A stretch of 57,438 bases of DNA from Eubacterium sp. (lineage in GTDB: Bacteria > Bacillota > Clostridia > Lachnospirales > Lachnospiraceae): the NCBI GenBank assembly GCA_016280325.1, contig JAEEGM010000137.1, forward strand, positions 1 to 57,438. Direction: 5' to 3'. Below the pieces are notes generated by a model that ran no database searches, was not told where the DNA came from, and saw only the letters and a list, made by a program, of their open reading frames with translations. Shown piece after piece: positions 1 through 8,176 of this stretch. The translations under genes and the position numbers were made by a program. Position 1 is the first letter of the stretch. Each line of letters starts with the position of its first letter.

Positions 1-24
1 AAGAAAGAAAGGGATATTATGCCC

Positions 25-157
25 CATGATCGAGTAGGGGGATTCATCCCCCTACTCGTCCATGCGCTGTCATCTCGAAAGCAAAGCTTTCTCGATGACC
101 GTTTGCTCAGCCATGCATGGAAAGCAAGCTTTCCTGCATGGCGTTCGCTATTCGCAC
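25..157. repeat. Cluster of three palindromic hairpins (element E1, possibly incomplete at the window edge)
   Basis: Stems are CGAGTAGGGGGA/TCCCCCTACTCG (31-58), GTCATC-tc-GAAAGC/GCTTTC-tc-GATGAC (69-99) and GCCATGCA-GGAAAGC/GCTTTCC-TGCATGGC (110-142). The cluster ends in TTCGCAC (151-157). Confidence 0.75.
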
Positions 158-192
158 AAAAAGACGGGCCCCGATTCAACGGGAACCCGCCT
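158..192 (-). terminator. Intrinsic terminator after the signalling operon
   Basis: Minus strand reads AGGCGGGTTCCCG-ttgaat-CGGGGCCCGTCT followed by a T tract, 12 nt after the stop at 205. Confidence 0.7.
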
Positions 193-204
193 GATAAAGA
201 CGTT

Positions 205-645
205 TCATGGTAACATCTGATCCAGTATCTGCGCAGCGCACGCGACGAGATCAGGGCACGGACGTTTTTTATAGTAAGCATCCGTACGGGCCTCGGGCTC
301 ACCGCCGGACGTCGTCTTTACCCCTTCGAGCAGCTCGCGGCAGATGATCGATCCGTTTTCCTCACGGAACTTCGCGGCAAATTCCTGCACAAGCGCGTAG
401 TGGTCCTTTTTCGCCTCATGATCCTCGGGATCGTCATAACCACAGACCATGCCCAGCACCATAAGGGCGCCACTGACACAACCACAGACCTCACGCATGC
501 GTCCCATCCCTCCGCCAAAGGAGGAGGACAGCTTCGCCGCGGTCTCGCGGTCCAACCCGGTAACATCTTCAAATGCACAGAGCACCGCCTGCGAACAGTT
601 GTAGCCGTCAAGAAACAACTGACGGGCTATTTCCGAATGACTCAT
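205..645 (-). CDS. C-GCAxxG-C-C family protein (putative redox/metal-binding)
   Basis: Motifs GYNCSQAV, FGGGMG, CGCVSGA, CRELL and a C-terminal Cys. Overlaps the kinase stop codon by 4 nt. Confidence 0.9.
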   Translation of the reverse strand: MSHSEIARQLFLDGYNCSQAVLCAFEDVTGLDRETAAKLSSSFGGGMGRMREVCGCVSGALMVLGMVCGYDDPEDHEAKKDHYALVQEFAAKFREENGSIICRELLEGVKTTSGGEPEARTDAYYKKRPCPDLVACAAQILDQMLP

Positions 646-3600
646 TTCAACACCTCTTCAATCTGCTCATACTCAAGTAACGAGATCGCTTCCTTTATCT
701 GTTCCACACGCTCCTTCTCACTCTCCGGAACGCGGACAGTGGTGAGCTTCTCGCCGATGAGATCGATCTCATCGTAATCCGCCTTATCCAGATGCCTTTT
801 CAACTGGCTGTAGAGTTTCTCCAGTTCCTCTCCACTGATCTCCGAAAGATCCTCCGGCGTCTCTTCCGGCGCCTCCTCTTCGATCCGCTTCAACTTGTCA
901 CCGAGCGAACGATAGTCCTCCACGAACCGGTCGATCTCGGCATCGATTGTCTCAGTATCCCCCTTGTTTCCGGCTTCTTCCAACCGCTCGGCAAAAGCGC
1001 TCAGTGAAAGTGCCCCGATGACACGAGCCGTACTCTTCATCCCGTGAACCCGTACCGTCAGATTCACGATATCCCCGGCCTCGCGGAACTTTCGAATCTC
1101 ATCGATATTCATACGGATGGTCTCCAGATACGCATGGATCGCGTCCACATAGGATTCCGCGTTGCCGCAGTGATCAAGTCCGGCCGGCACATCCAGTTCC
1201 CCGATCTCATATAAAAATGCCGGCACCTCGATATCCTCTTCCTCCTCCGTCTCATCCGCCGGAAGCACCTTCTCGTCCGGAAGATAGCGGATGATCGCCT
1301 CCTCCAGGCTTTCCGGATCGATCGGCTTCGTCAGGTAATCGTCAAATCCGGCGGCGATATAGGTGTCACGCATACCGGAGATCGCGTTCGCTGTCAGGCA
1401 GAGTATCGGTGTGTCAAGATTCGGGTTATCATCGATGGCACGGAGTTCTCGAAGCGCTTCGATACCATCCTTGTAAGGCATCATATGATCGAGAATGATA
1501 ATATCATACTTGTTCTGCATGGCCAGCCGGATACACTCGTCCGCACTGTCCGCCGTGTCTATTTTTAATTTCGTCCGTTTTAAAAGGTTCTTGATCACGA
1601 CAAGATTGGCCGGGGTATCATCGACAACAAGAATGTATCCGTCCGGCGCGGTGAACTTCTCACGATACCGCTTTCGATCTGCCACGGACCGACGAAACGC
1701 CGTCTCGTAATCTCCGACCTCATCCCACTTGGTCACCTTTTGTCTGACGGTAAAACTGAACTCCGAGCCCTTGCCCGGTTCACTCTCCACATGCAGCGAA
1801 CTCCCCATCAGATTCAGCAGGCGCTGTGTGATCGTGAGCCCCAACCCGGTTCCCTCGATATTCCGGTTGTACTCATCATCGATACGCTCGAAAGCCTCAA
1901 ACAGCTTCCCGACTTCTTCTGCCTGGATTCCAACACCGGTATCCTTCACCCTGACGTTCAACAGGACCTCGTCCTCTTCCTCCGGCACCTTCTCATATCC
2001 GACCGAGAACGTGATCATACCTTCTTTTGTGTACTTCACGGCATTCGTCAGGAGATTGGTCACCGCCTGCTTGATACGGATTTCATCACCGTACAGGTAA
2101 TTCGGGATCCCGCTGTCGATATGAAGCGCAAGTGTAAGCCCCTTCTCCTCGGTCTTGGTCTGTACCATATTCACCAGATCATTCAACACGGATGAGATCT
2201 CATAATCCACCGGGGTAATGTCAAGCTTTCCGGCCTCCATCTTGGAGAAGTCCAGGATATCATTGATCAATCCGAGAAGCGTATTTCCTGAGGAACGGAT
2301 ATGGCCGGAATACATGAGTATATCTTCATTATCACATTCCCTGAGCACCATCTCATTCATGCTGAGGATTGAATTCATCGGTGTACGGATGTCATGCGAC
2401 ATCGTCGACAGGAAATATGACTTTGCGCGGTTGGCACTTTCCGCCGCACTCACGGCAGCCGCGAGTTCTTTATTTTTCTCCTCCAGTTCTCTTCCCGCTT
2501 CCTCTTTCTCCATCATCCGTCGCTTGGACGCGGAGAACGCCCTGGCCAGAGAGAAGATCACGAGTGCCGCGATCGCCACGGCAACCAATGTAACTATCCA
2601 GATATTATCATACAGCATATCGAAAAATGTATATGTATACAATCCGTCGACATATCGGTATGCCATGCTCTGTGTCTGATCGACACCGACCAGGTTAATG
2701 CCTCTGTTCAAAAGCATCAACAATCCCTCTTCACCGATCTGCACACCGAAGCTACGATCGTCGTTGATGCTCAACTGCTTCATGGACAGCTCGCGGTACT
2801 TCCTGTTTTTCAGAATATCATTCGCCCGGATACCGTTGAGTGTGGTGCACCCTACCTCTCCTTTTTTCACGGCCTCCAGGCACTCTTCGGTCGTTTGATA
2901 ATACTCGATCTGCGCGTCAGGAAACGTTGTCTTCACATAGTAGTACTGCATGCGGTTGTTCTCATTTACCGCCACGCTGGCCAGTTTTTCATCATCGTAT
3001 TCATCCTTGTAGATCAGCTCGGTCGTGGAGGATACGACGGCATTGGACTGGTAGATTCCGTTTTCCTCAGAAAAATACAGGCCTCCGCCCACCGGGAAAA
3101 CCGCGTCCACCTCGCCCTCTTGCACATCCGCGATCATGTCATCATAATTCTCATATCCCACATAGGATATTTTCAGATCAGGAACTTCCAGTTGCTTTAT
3201 GATCTCCGGTACAATCTCGCTGACAAGTCCCGTCGCTTCTCCGTCCGATTCGGAATCACTGTACGGAAGATAGTGCCTGAGATAGCCGATACGGAGGGAA
3301 TCATGCTCCTCCAGCCATTCTTTTTCCGTCGAGGAAAGCGAGCGACTCGAGATACTCTCCGCATAGTATTTGATGCGAAGTGAATTGATATAGTTCGGTT
3401 CCTCCGTCATGAGTCTCGCCTGCGCCTCGTTCAGTTCCTCCAGAAGATCCGGTCTGTGGACGCTGACGCACAGATAATAATCCGACGTTCCGAACGCGTA
3501 CAAAAGTTCTGCGTCCGGTCTCTGCTGTGTCCCATCACTTTCCGCCACCATCACGTCGATCTTTTTATCATCGAATGCTTTATATAAGCTCTGAAAATCC

Positions 3601-4148
3601 GGATATTTGGACACCTTCGCCGAGATATTATTCTCACTTAAAAAACGCGTGAGCACGCCTACCATAGCACTGTCAAGAACACCGACCTTCTTCCCGGCCA
3701 AGGTCTTGTATGATGTCGTGATCGACGTATCCGACGCGTGCTTGACCAGGTTGTAGGTCTCATTCCCCATAGCCAGTTCCGGATAGCCGACGATCCCTTC
3801 ACGCTCAGCTGTCTTCGCAAGGCCGGCCATCATATCTACTTTTCCGTCGAGAAGCATCTGATAGAGGTCCGAGAAACTGCCATAGACGTACTCATACCCC
3901 CAGCCCGTGTACTCGGAGAGCTTACGATAATAATCATAAGCATACCCCTTCCGAACAGAGCCCTCCTCAGCTCCCTCCTGAAAAATCTCGTTTTCAAAAT
4001 AGCCGATACGGACGGTCTTATCGCCTGCCTTTTTCAGTTGTCCGGACGCATGGTTAGTGACTATAATTTGCGCACAAAAAAAGCACAGCATCAGGAAGCA
4101 TATGGCTGATCTGCGAGCTTTTTTAAATAACCTCGTTCTCTTATCCAT
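642..4148 (-). CDS. Hybrid sensor histidine kinase (two periplasmic binding-protein domains, TM, HisKA, HATPase, receiver, Hpt)
   Basis: H-box SHDIRTPMN, N-box NLLTNAVKYT, G-boxes DTGVGI and GTGLGL, receiver LDHMMP, Hpt VHGMKSTARVIGA, and two tandem PBP-like N-terminal repeats. Confidence 0.95.
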   Translation of the reverse strand: MDKRTRLFKKARRSAICFLMLCFFCAQIIVTNHASGQLKKAGDKTVRIGYFENEIFQEGAEEGSVRKGYAYDYYRKLSEYTGWGYEYVYGSFSDLYQMLLDGKVDMMAGLAKTAEREGIVGYPELAMGNETYNLVKHASDTSITTSYKTLAGKKVGVLDSAMVGVLTRFLSENNISAKVSKYPDFQSLYKAFDDKKIDVMVAESDGTQQRPDAELLYAFGTSDYYLCVSVHRPDLLEELNEAQARLMTEEPNYINSLRIKYYAESISSRSLSSTEKEWLEEHDSLRIGYLRHYLPYSDSESDGEATGLVSEIVPEIIKQLEVPDLKISYVGYENYDDMIADVQEGEVDAVFPVGGGLYFSEENGIYQSNAVVSSTTELIYKDEYDDEKLASVAVNENNRMQYYYVKTTFPDAQIEYYQTTEECLEAVKKGEVGCTTLNGIRANDILKNRKYRELSMKQLSINDDRSFGVQIGEEGLLMLLNRGINLVGVDQTQSMAYRYVDGLYTYTFFDMLYDNIWIVTLVAVAIAALVIFSLARAFSASKRRMMEKEEAGRELEEKNKELAAAVSAAESANRAKSYFLSTMSHDIRTPMNSILSMNEMVLRECDNEDILMYSGHIRSSGNTLLGLINDILDFSKMEAGKLDITPVDYEISSVLNDLVNMVQTKTEEKGLTLALHIDSGIPNYLYGDEIRIKQAVTNLLTNAVKYTKEGMITFSVGYEKVPEEEDEVLLNVRVKDTGVGIQAEEVGKLFEAFERIDDEYNRNIEGTGLGLTITQRLLNLMGSSLHVESEPGKGSEFSFTVRQKVTKWDEVGDYETAFRRSVADRKRYREKFTAPDGYILVVDDTPANLVVIKNLLKRTKLKIDTADSADECIRLAMQNKYDIIILDHMMPYKDGIEALRELRAIDDNPNLDTPILCLTANAISGMRDTYIAAGFDDYLTKPIDPESLEEAIIRYLPDEKVLPADETEEEEDIEVPAFLYEIGELDVPAGLDHCGNAESYVDAIHAYLETIRMNIDEIRKFREAGDIVNLTVRVHGMKSTARVIGALSLSAFAERLEEAGNKGDTETIDAEIDRFVEDYRSLGDKLKRIEEEAPEETPEDLSEISGEELEKLYSQLKRHLDKADYDEIDLIGEKLTTVRVPESEKERVEQIKEAISLLEYEQIEEVLK

Positions 4149-4207
4149 CGTTCCCTCCTACCGTGCCTGTTCCGGCCACCGCGGAAGCCTCTTGCTGTAC
4201 TTATTGT

Positions 4208-4987
4208 TTATGAAAAAACAACCGCGTTTTGCCATTTTTCCGTTTCAAAATAACGATCGATCGCCGATACGATATCCGCCTGTTTCATACTCTTCAGAAG
4301 GTACCCCTGAGGTTTCAGACTCATCACCTTCATCACCGTTTCCTTATCCGCCTTGCCCGTGAGAAAGATCACGGGGATATCGGCCGATTCCGGTTCACTT
4401 CGCATCATCTCGAGCACCTTCGTACCGGTTGTGATCGGCATATCATAATCCATCAGGATCAGATCCGGCCGGTGTCCGGTGATGTACTTGATCGCCTGCA
4501 TACCGGACTTCACGATCGTCACCTGGTACTTATCCATCAACCATCTTTTCACCATTTTTAAAAATGTGATATCGTCATCCACGATCAGAATTTTCTTCGA
4601 GCTGTGACGCTTCCTTGCTGCCTCAGCTTCAATGGAAATCTCCTTCACGATATTTTTATTTTCAAAAGGTCTTATAAACGCTTCCTTTACAAGATCCTTC
4701 GGAATCACACGATACACCTTCTCGATGTCCTCGCTGTAGCCTGCCAGGTAGAGCGTCTTGGCGTCGTCCGCACACACGTCCTTGATAAATACGAGCTCCT
4801 GCGTCATACTCGACACCGCTTCATTTACATACAAAAATACCATGTCCGCTTCGTCTTTGTTCGCTTCAATCTCCTTGATCTCAGCGTCCATACGGATGCA
4901 CCGGATATCCGCGTCTTCGATAGCGGCCGTGATCGAATCCGTGATATAGGATTTTTCATTACTTATTACCAGCAGTTTGTATTCCAT
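4208..4987 (-). CDS. Response regulator (degenerate N-terminal receiver plus C-terminal receiver, no output domain)
   Basis: C-terminal receiver motifs ILIVDDD, LMDYDMP, FLTG and YLLK. Confidence 0.88.
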   Translation of the reverse strand: MEYKLLVISNEKSYITDSITAAIEDADIRCIRMDAEIKEIEANKDEADMVFLYVNEAVSSMTQELVFIKDVCADDAKTLYLAGYSEDIEKVYRVIPKDLVKEAFIRPFENKNIVKEISIEAEAARKRHSSKKILIVDDDITFLKMVKRWLMDKYQVTIVKSGMQAIKYITGHRPDLILMDYDMPITTGTKVLEMMRSEPESADIPVIFLTGKADKETVMKVMSLKPQGYLLKSMKQADIVSAIDRYFETEKWQNAVVFS

Positions 4988-4992
4988 CTGTG

Positions 4993-6015
4993 TTACGCCT
5001 CCTGAAAATGATCTCGCATACGATACTCGGTATCCTCATCGATCATAGCGATCATGATATCCGCAAACGCAGGGTCGAACTGCGAGCCCTTGCCTTTTTC
5101 GATCTCTCCACGCACGATTTCCTGTGAAAGAGCGCGGCGGTAACTGCGGTTGCTTGTCATCGCGTCATACGCATCTGCCACAGCGATCATCCTTGCCTCT
5201 TCCGGGATCTTCTCACCTTCCAGTCCGTCGGGATACCCCCTCCCGTCGTATCGCTCGTGATGCCACCTGGCACCATCCGCGAGTCGGGGCATTTTTTTAA
5301 TACTGGAAAGAATCCTTGCCCCCACCGCCGGGTGTGTCTTGATCATCTCGAACTCCTCATCGGTCAGGCGGTCAGGCTTATTGATCACGCTGTCCGGCAC
5401 ACCGATCTTGCCCACGTCATGAAGCAGCCCCATCATAAAAACAGCGTCCTGCTGCTCTTCGTTGTAGCCATATCTCCGGGCTATCTCTTTCGCGTATTCC
5501 GCCACACGAACCGAGTGGCCGTTCGTATAGGTATCCTTCGCGTCGATCGCCGTCGCAAGCGACTCTACGACCTGGATAAAGAGTTCCTCATACTCCATCG
5601 TCTTCTTCTCGACTTCGTCCGCGAGGTTTTGCTGCAAGCGCACTAACTCGACGGCCTGCTTCACGCGAAGTACGAGGATATTTGCTACGAAAGGCTTCCG
5701 TATGTAGTCCATCGCGCCGCTTGCGAGACCCTTGGCCTCGGCCCCCTCGTCCTCGTTCGCCGTGAGAAAGATCACCGGGATCTCCCGTCCCTTCTCCTCT
5801 TTTTCGCGAAGCCTACGCAAGGTCTCAAATCCATCCATCTCCGGCATACGGATATCCAAAAGGATCAAATCCGGCGCCTCGTTGTCACGCACGTATTCGA
5901 GGAGCTGACTTCCGCTCTTCAAAACGACCGCCTTCATATCCGCTTCCGTAAGAATATTCCATGCTCTTTTCAGTACGATGGCATCATCGTCCACTACTAC
6001 AATCTGTGGTTGCAT
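4993..6015 (-). CDS. Response regulator with HD-GYP domain (RpfG-like c-di-GMP phosphodiesterase)
   Basis: Receiver VVVDDD and LLDIRMP; HD-GYP motifs LLHDVGKIG, HHERYDGRGYP and ADAYDAMTS. Confidence 0.95.
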   Translation of the reverse strand: MQPQIVVVDDDAIVLKRAWNILTEADMKAVVLKSGSQLLEYVRDNEAPDLILLDIRMPEMDGFETLRRLREKEEKGREIPVIFLTANEDEGAEAKGLASGAMDYIRKPFVANILVLRVKQAVELVRLQQNLADEVEKKTMEYEELFIQVVESLATAIDAKDTYTNGHSVRVAEYAKEIARRYGYNEEQQDAVFMMGLLHDVGKIGVPDSVINKPDRLTDEEFEMIKTHPAVGARILSSIKKMPRLADGARWHHERYDGRGYPDGLEGEKIPEEARMIAVADAYDAMTSNRSYRRALSQEIVRGEIEKGKGSQFDPAFADIMIAMIDEDTEYRMRDHFQEA

Positions 6016-6059
6016 ATCTCCTCCGACATTCTGAAAAATAACGGTTTGTCACTTCCTCC

Positions 6060-6088
6060 ATCATATCTTAAATACGTGTTGTTGTCAA
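6060..6088 (-). promoter_or_regulatory. Sigma-A promoter
   Basis: TTGACA-17 nt-TATGAT upstream of the HD-GYP regulator. Confidence 0.7.
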
Positions 6089-6117
6089 CAAAGAAATCGA
6101 CGTCCGGCCGCCGCTTT

Positions 6118-6774
6118 CTACAGTTGCTCCTTTACCTTTTCGATCAGCTCGCCGGCCTCCTCATAGTCAAGATTTGACACCAGTTTGAGGAGCTTTTTTA
6201 CCTGAGGCTCGAGCGTTTCATCGAAGCGAAATTCGGCAAGCGCGGACATGCACTCCTCGGCCGCCATCAGATCGAAGTCCGCGATCGCGCCGGTGAGCTC
6301 ATCCAAAAGCTTATGTATCTCGTCCTTGTCATAGTCTCTGTCCGGCTCCGCCTCCTCGGGAGCATAGGCCTCCAGATAGGGCTTGAGATAGGTAAAGGCC
6401 GCCAGGACACTCGGAGTGAATTCCGTCAACTTCGTCACATTTTTATCCGTACCGAGTTTCTCGAGCGTATAGAAATTCTCAGCCAGTTCCATGGCTCCGA
6501 TCATCCGACAGGTTGTCTTCAGCGCGTGAACTTCTGTCGTGTATCCGACAATATCGTCCGCCTCAAGCTTCGAACGGATTGACTCACATTTTTCATCGAT
6601 ACTATCATGGACCTCACCCAACAGTTCGGTGAAGAGTGTCGGGCCGCCGGAGTTCTCGATTCCCTTTGCCGTGTCAACTCCGGGGATGTCCACCTCCAAC
6701 GCGTCCTCCGGATTCTCCGAAGCCATCTCCACGGAGGGCCCGCTCAAGTATTCACTGCTCTTCCTTTTTTTCAT
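6118..6774 (-). CDS. Stand-alone Hpt (histidine phosphotransfer) protein
   Basis: EVHALKTTCRMIGA motif, resembling the kinase C-terminus; GGAGG RBS. Confidence 0.9.
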   Translation of the reverse strand: MKKRKSSEYLSGPSVEMASENPEDALEVDIPGVDTAKGIENSGGPTLFTELLGEVHDSIDEKCESIRSKLEADDIVGYTTEVHALKTTCRMIGAMELAENFYTLEKLGTDKNVTKLTEFTPSVLAAFTYLKPYLEAYAPEEAEPDRDYDKDEIHKLLDELTGAIADFDLMAAEECMSALAEFRFDETLEPQVKKLLKLVSNLDYEEAGELIEKVKEQL

Positions 6775-6818
6775 AGGCGATAGTCCTCCTGCCGATCATG
6801 GTGAGTACCAACTTCTTT

Positions 6819-6847
6819 ATTATAAAGGGATAGGATTCGGTTGTCAA
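6819..6847 (-). promoter_or_regulatory. Sigma-A promoter
   Basis: Perfect TTGACA-17 nt-TATAAT upstream of the Hpt gene. Confidence 0.8.
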
Positions 6848-6910
6848 TATGGAGGGGAGGGGATGCCCTCTTGCAGGACGAAAGGTGACCTACAAAGAAA
6901 AATGCGCAAT

Positions 6911-6934
6911 AAAATAGGCGCTCCGAAGAGCGCC
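6911..6934 (-). terminator. Intrinsic terminator of the hicB cassette
   Basis: GGCGCTC-TTCG-GAGCGCC-TATTTT, with a UUCG tetraloop. Confidence 0.75.
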
Positions 6935-7013
6935 CATCCCTTATATTCTGTTGTTTATCGGCGCGTCAAGGCCTTTGGGATGACGAATTTTCCATGCTGT
7001 CCTTTCACTTTCC

Positions 7014-7277
7014 TCACTCTTTATCCCAATACTTCTTTACGGCCGCCTCAGCCTCACTGGTTTTATAACCATACTCGGCTACTACCGCCTCGGCAGCATC
7101 TGCCTGGGATCCACTTAAGCGCTTATAAGTATCGATCAGAATTCTTACACCATTTTCTCTCTCAGCCGCTGTCACATCAGCTGTTACACTCTCTGTAACA
7201 CTCGCTGTCACATCCCGAATTAATTGAGCATCATGATTCCTCGATATTATTTCTTCATCAAAAAGAATTGAATACAT
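7014..7277 (-). CDS. Small hypothetical protein resembling the C-terminal part of Rpn-family (PD-(D/E)XK) proteins
   Basis: AGGAGG RBS. Four 4-aa repeats (DVTA/SVTE/SVTA/DVTA) precede a helical tail ending AVKKYW, recalled as typical of Rpn C-termini. The family call is inference. Confidence 0.6.
   Translation of the reverse strand: MYSILFDEEIISRNHDAQLIRDVTASVTESVTADVTAAERENGVRILIDTYKRLSGSQADAAEAVVAEYGYKTSEAEAAVKKYWDKE
7168..7214. repeat. 12-bp tandem repeat, 4 copies, in-frame
   Basis: GCTGTCACATCA/GCTGTTACACTC/TCTGTAACACTC/GCTGTCACATC. Confidence 0.8.
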
Positions 7278-7291
7278 GCTGATAACCTCCT

Positions 7292-7663
7292 TTATGCAGA
7301 ATATAGTGCATCATTTTTTGCTAATAAATAATTACAATATTGATTCATGCTTATCCCTTCCATCTTTGCATGGATTGCCAATGCTCTGTGAAGGCTTTTT
7401 GGCATTCTTATTTTGAACTGACCTGAATAAGCCGACACATCAACTTCATCATACGGCTCATATATCTGCACACCATCTTCTAATGCCGCCTTAAGCCACT
7501 CTCTTTTTGCATCCTGTGCACCAGCCGTAACACCTTCTAAGGTCTCTGCACAGGTCACACATCCGGGAAGTTCAGGATACCAAGCGGTAAACCCTCCTTC
7601 CTTATCAGGTATTATTTCCAAGCGATATGGTTGTGACATATAATAATCAATCGTTTTCATCAT
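7292..7663 (-). CDS. hicB: HicB family antitoxin with C-terminal RHH domain
   Basis: YPELPGCVTCAET HicB fold and YSGQFKIRMPKSLH...EGISMNQY RHH. Start placed at ATG 7663 after GGAGGG. Confidence 0.9.
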   Translation of the reverse strand: MMKTIDYYMSQPYRLEIIPDKEGGFTAWYPELPGCVTCAETLEGVTAGAQDAKREWLKAALEDGVQIYEPYDEVDVSAYSGQFKIRMPKSLHRALAIHAKMEGISMNQYCNYLLAKNDALYSA

Positions 7664-7772
7664 TGATTCCCTCCTCACTTTCTACTACTTCCTTAACCAT
7701 TTCCACATATGTTCTTTTAATTGGAGTATCTTTCGGAATTGTTATCGGATTCCGATTTGGTTTACGGAATGT
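7647..7772 (-). pseudogene. hicA: 3' remnant of hicA toxin (5' half deleted)
   Basis: TFRKPNRNPITIPKDTPIKRTYVEMVKEVVESE matches the HicA C-terminal half and overlaps the hicB start. It directly abuts the -10 box with no start codon or RBS. Confidence 0.75.
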
Positions 7773-7801
7773 ATTATACGTGGTGTCATATATGGTGTCA
7801 A
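7773..7801 (-). promoter_or_regulatory. hicAB promoter with direct-repeat operator
   Basis: Perfect TTGACA-17 nt-TATAAT. TGACACCA occurs twice (7781-7788, 7793-7800), overlapping the -35 and spacer; it is a plausible RHH operator. Confidence 0.8.
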
Positions 7802-7850
7802 GCATTTTTTCGAGAAGGGAAGGTTCGATGACGAAGATGCCGCTTACCGC

Positions 7851-8061
7851 CCGGCCTGTCACTTGATCCTCACCCAACGGACAACATTTGCCGAGTGTAG
7901 CTGACAAGTAGTGACTTTTGATGGATGCCCCGAGGACTTGTTTGAGCGCGTCACCGAAGGTGACGTGCGAGTTCCGCAGGGGCATCCGCGATTATCAAAA
8001 GTTGCTACGAGTCGTTACACTCGTGCCGTTGGACGTGGGTGAGGAATCAAAGACAAGCCGG
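7851..8061 (+). other. Long imperfect rod-like palindrome (element E2; structured ncRNA or ssDNA element)
   Basis: Nested pairs 7946-55/7959-68 (GAA loop), 7923-31/7979-87, 7908-22/7994-8008, 7892-7901/8014-23, 7868-76/8036-44 and 7851-60/8052-61. Most mismatches are G-T on the + strand. Confidence 0.75.
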
Positions 8062-8114
8062 TGGAGGTATCCCGCCCTCACCCACATACCACAAAGACGC
8101 AAACTCTACCCCAC

Positions 8115-8142
8115 AAAAAAGAGCGCACCCTCAGGTGCGCTC
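8115..8142 (-). terminator. Intrinsic terminator of the MCP gene
   Basis: GAGCGCACC-TGAG-GGTGCGCTC-TTTTTT. Confidence 0.85.
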
Positions 8143-8176
8143 CCAGGTTCAACACGTATTCAAATAGTAACCAGCA

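Noticed and set aside
19-213. 64-aa + strand ORF
   Set aside because: It lies wholly over palindromes and a terminator, with no protein features.
6860-6900. Hammerhead ribozyme (GGACGAAA)
   Set aside because: No CUGANGA core or matching stems were found nearby.
7647-7985. 112-aa ORF as a full-length HicA
   Set aside because: Its first 70 codons run through the long palindrome and the promoter itself. Only the last 41 codons look like HicA.
7851-8061. 6S RNA
   Set aside because: The size and rod shape fit, but there is no large central bubble and no evident promoter or terminator. It is left unassigned pending an Rfam search.
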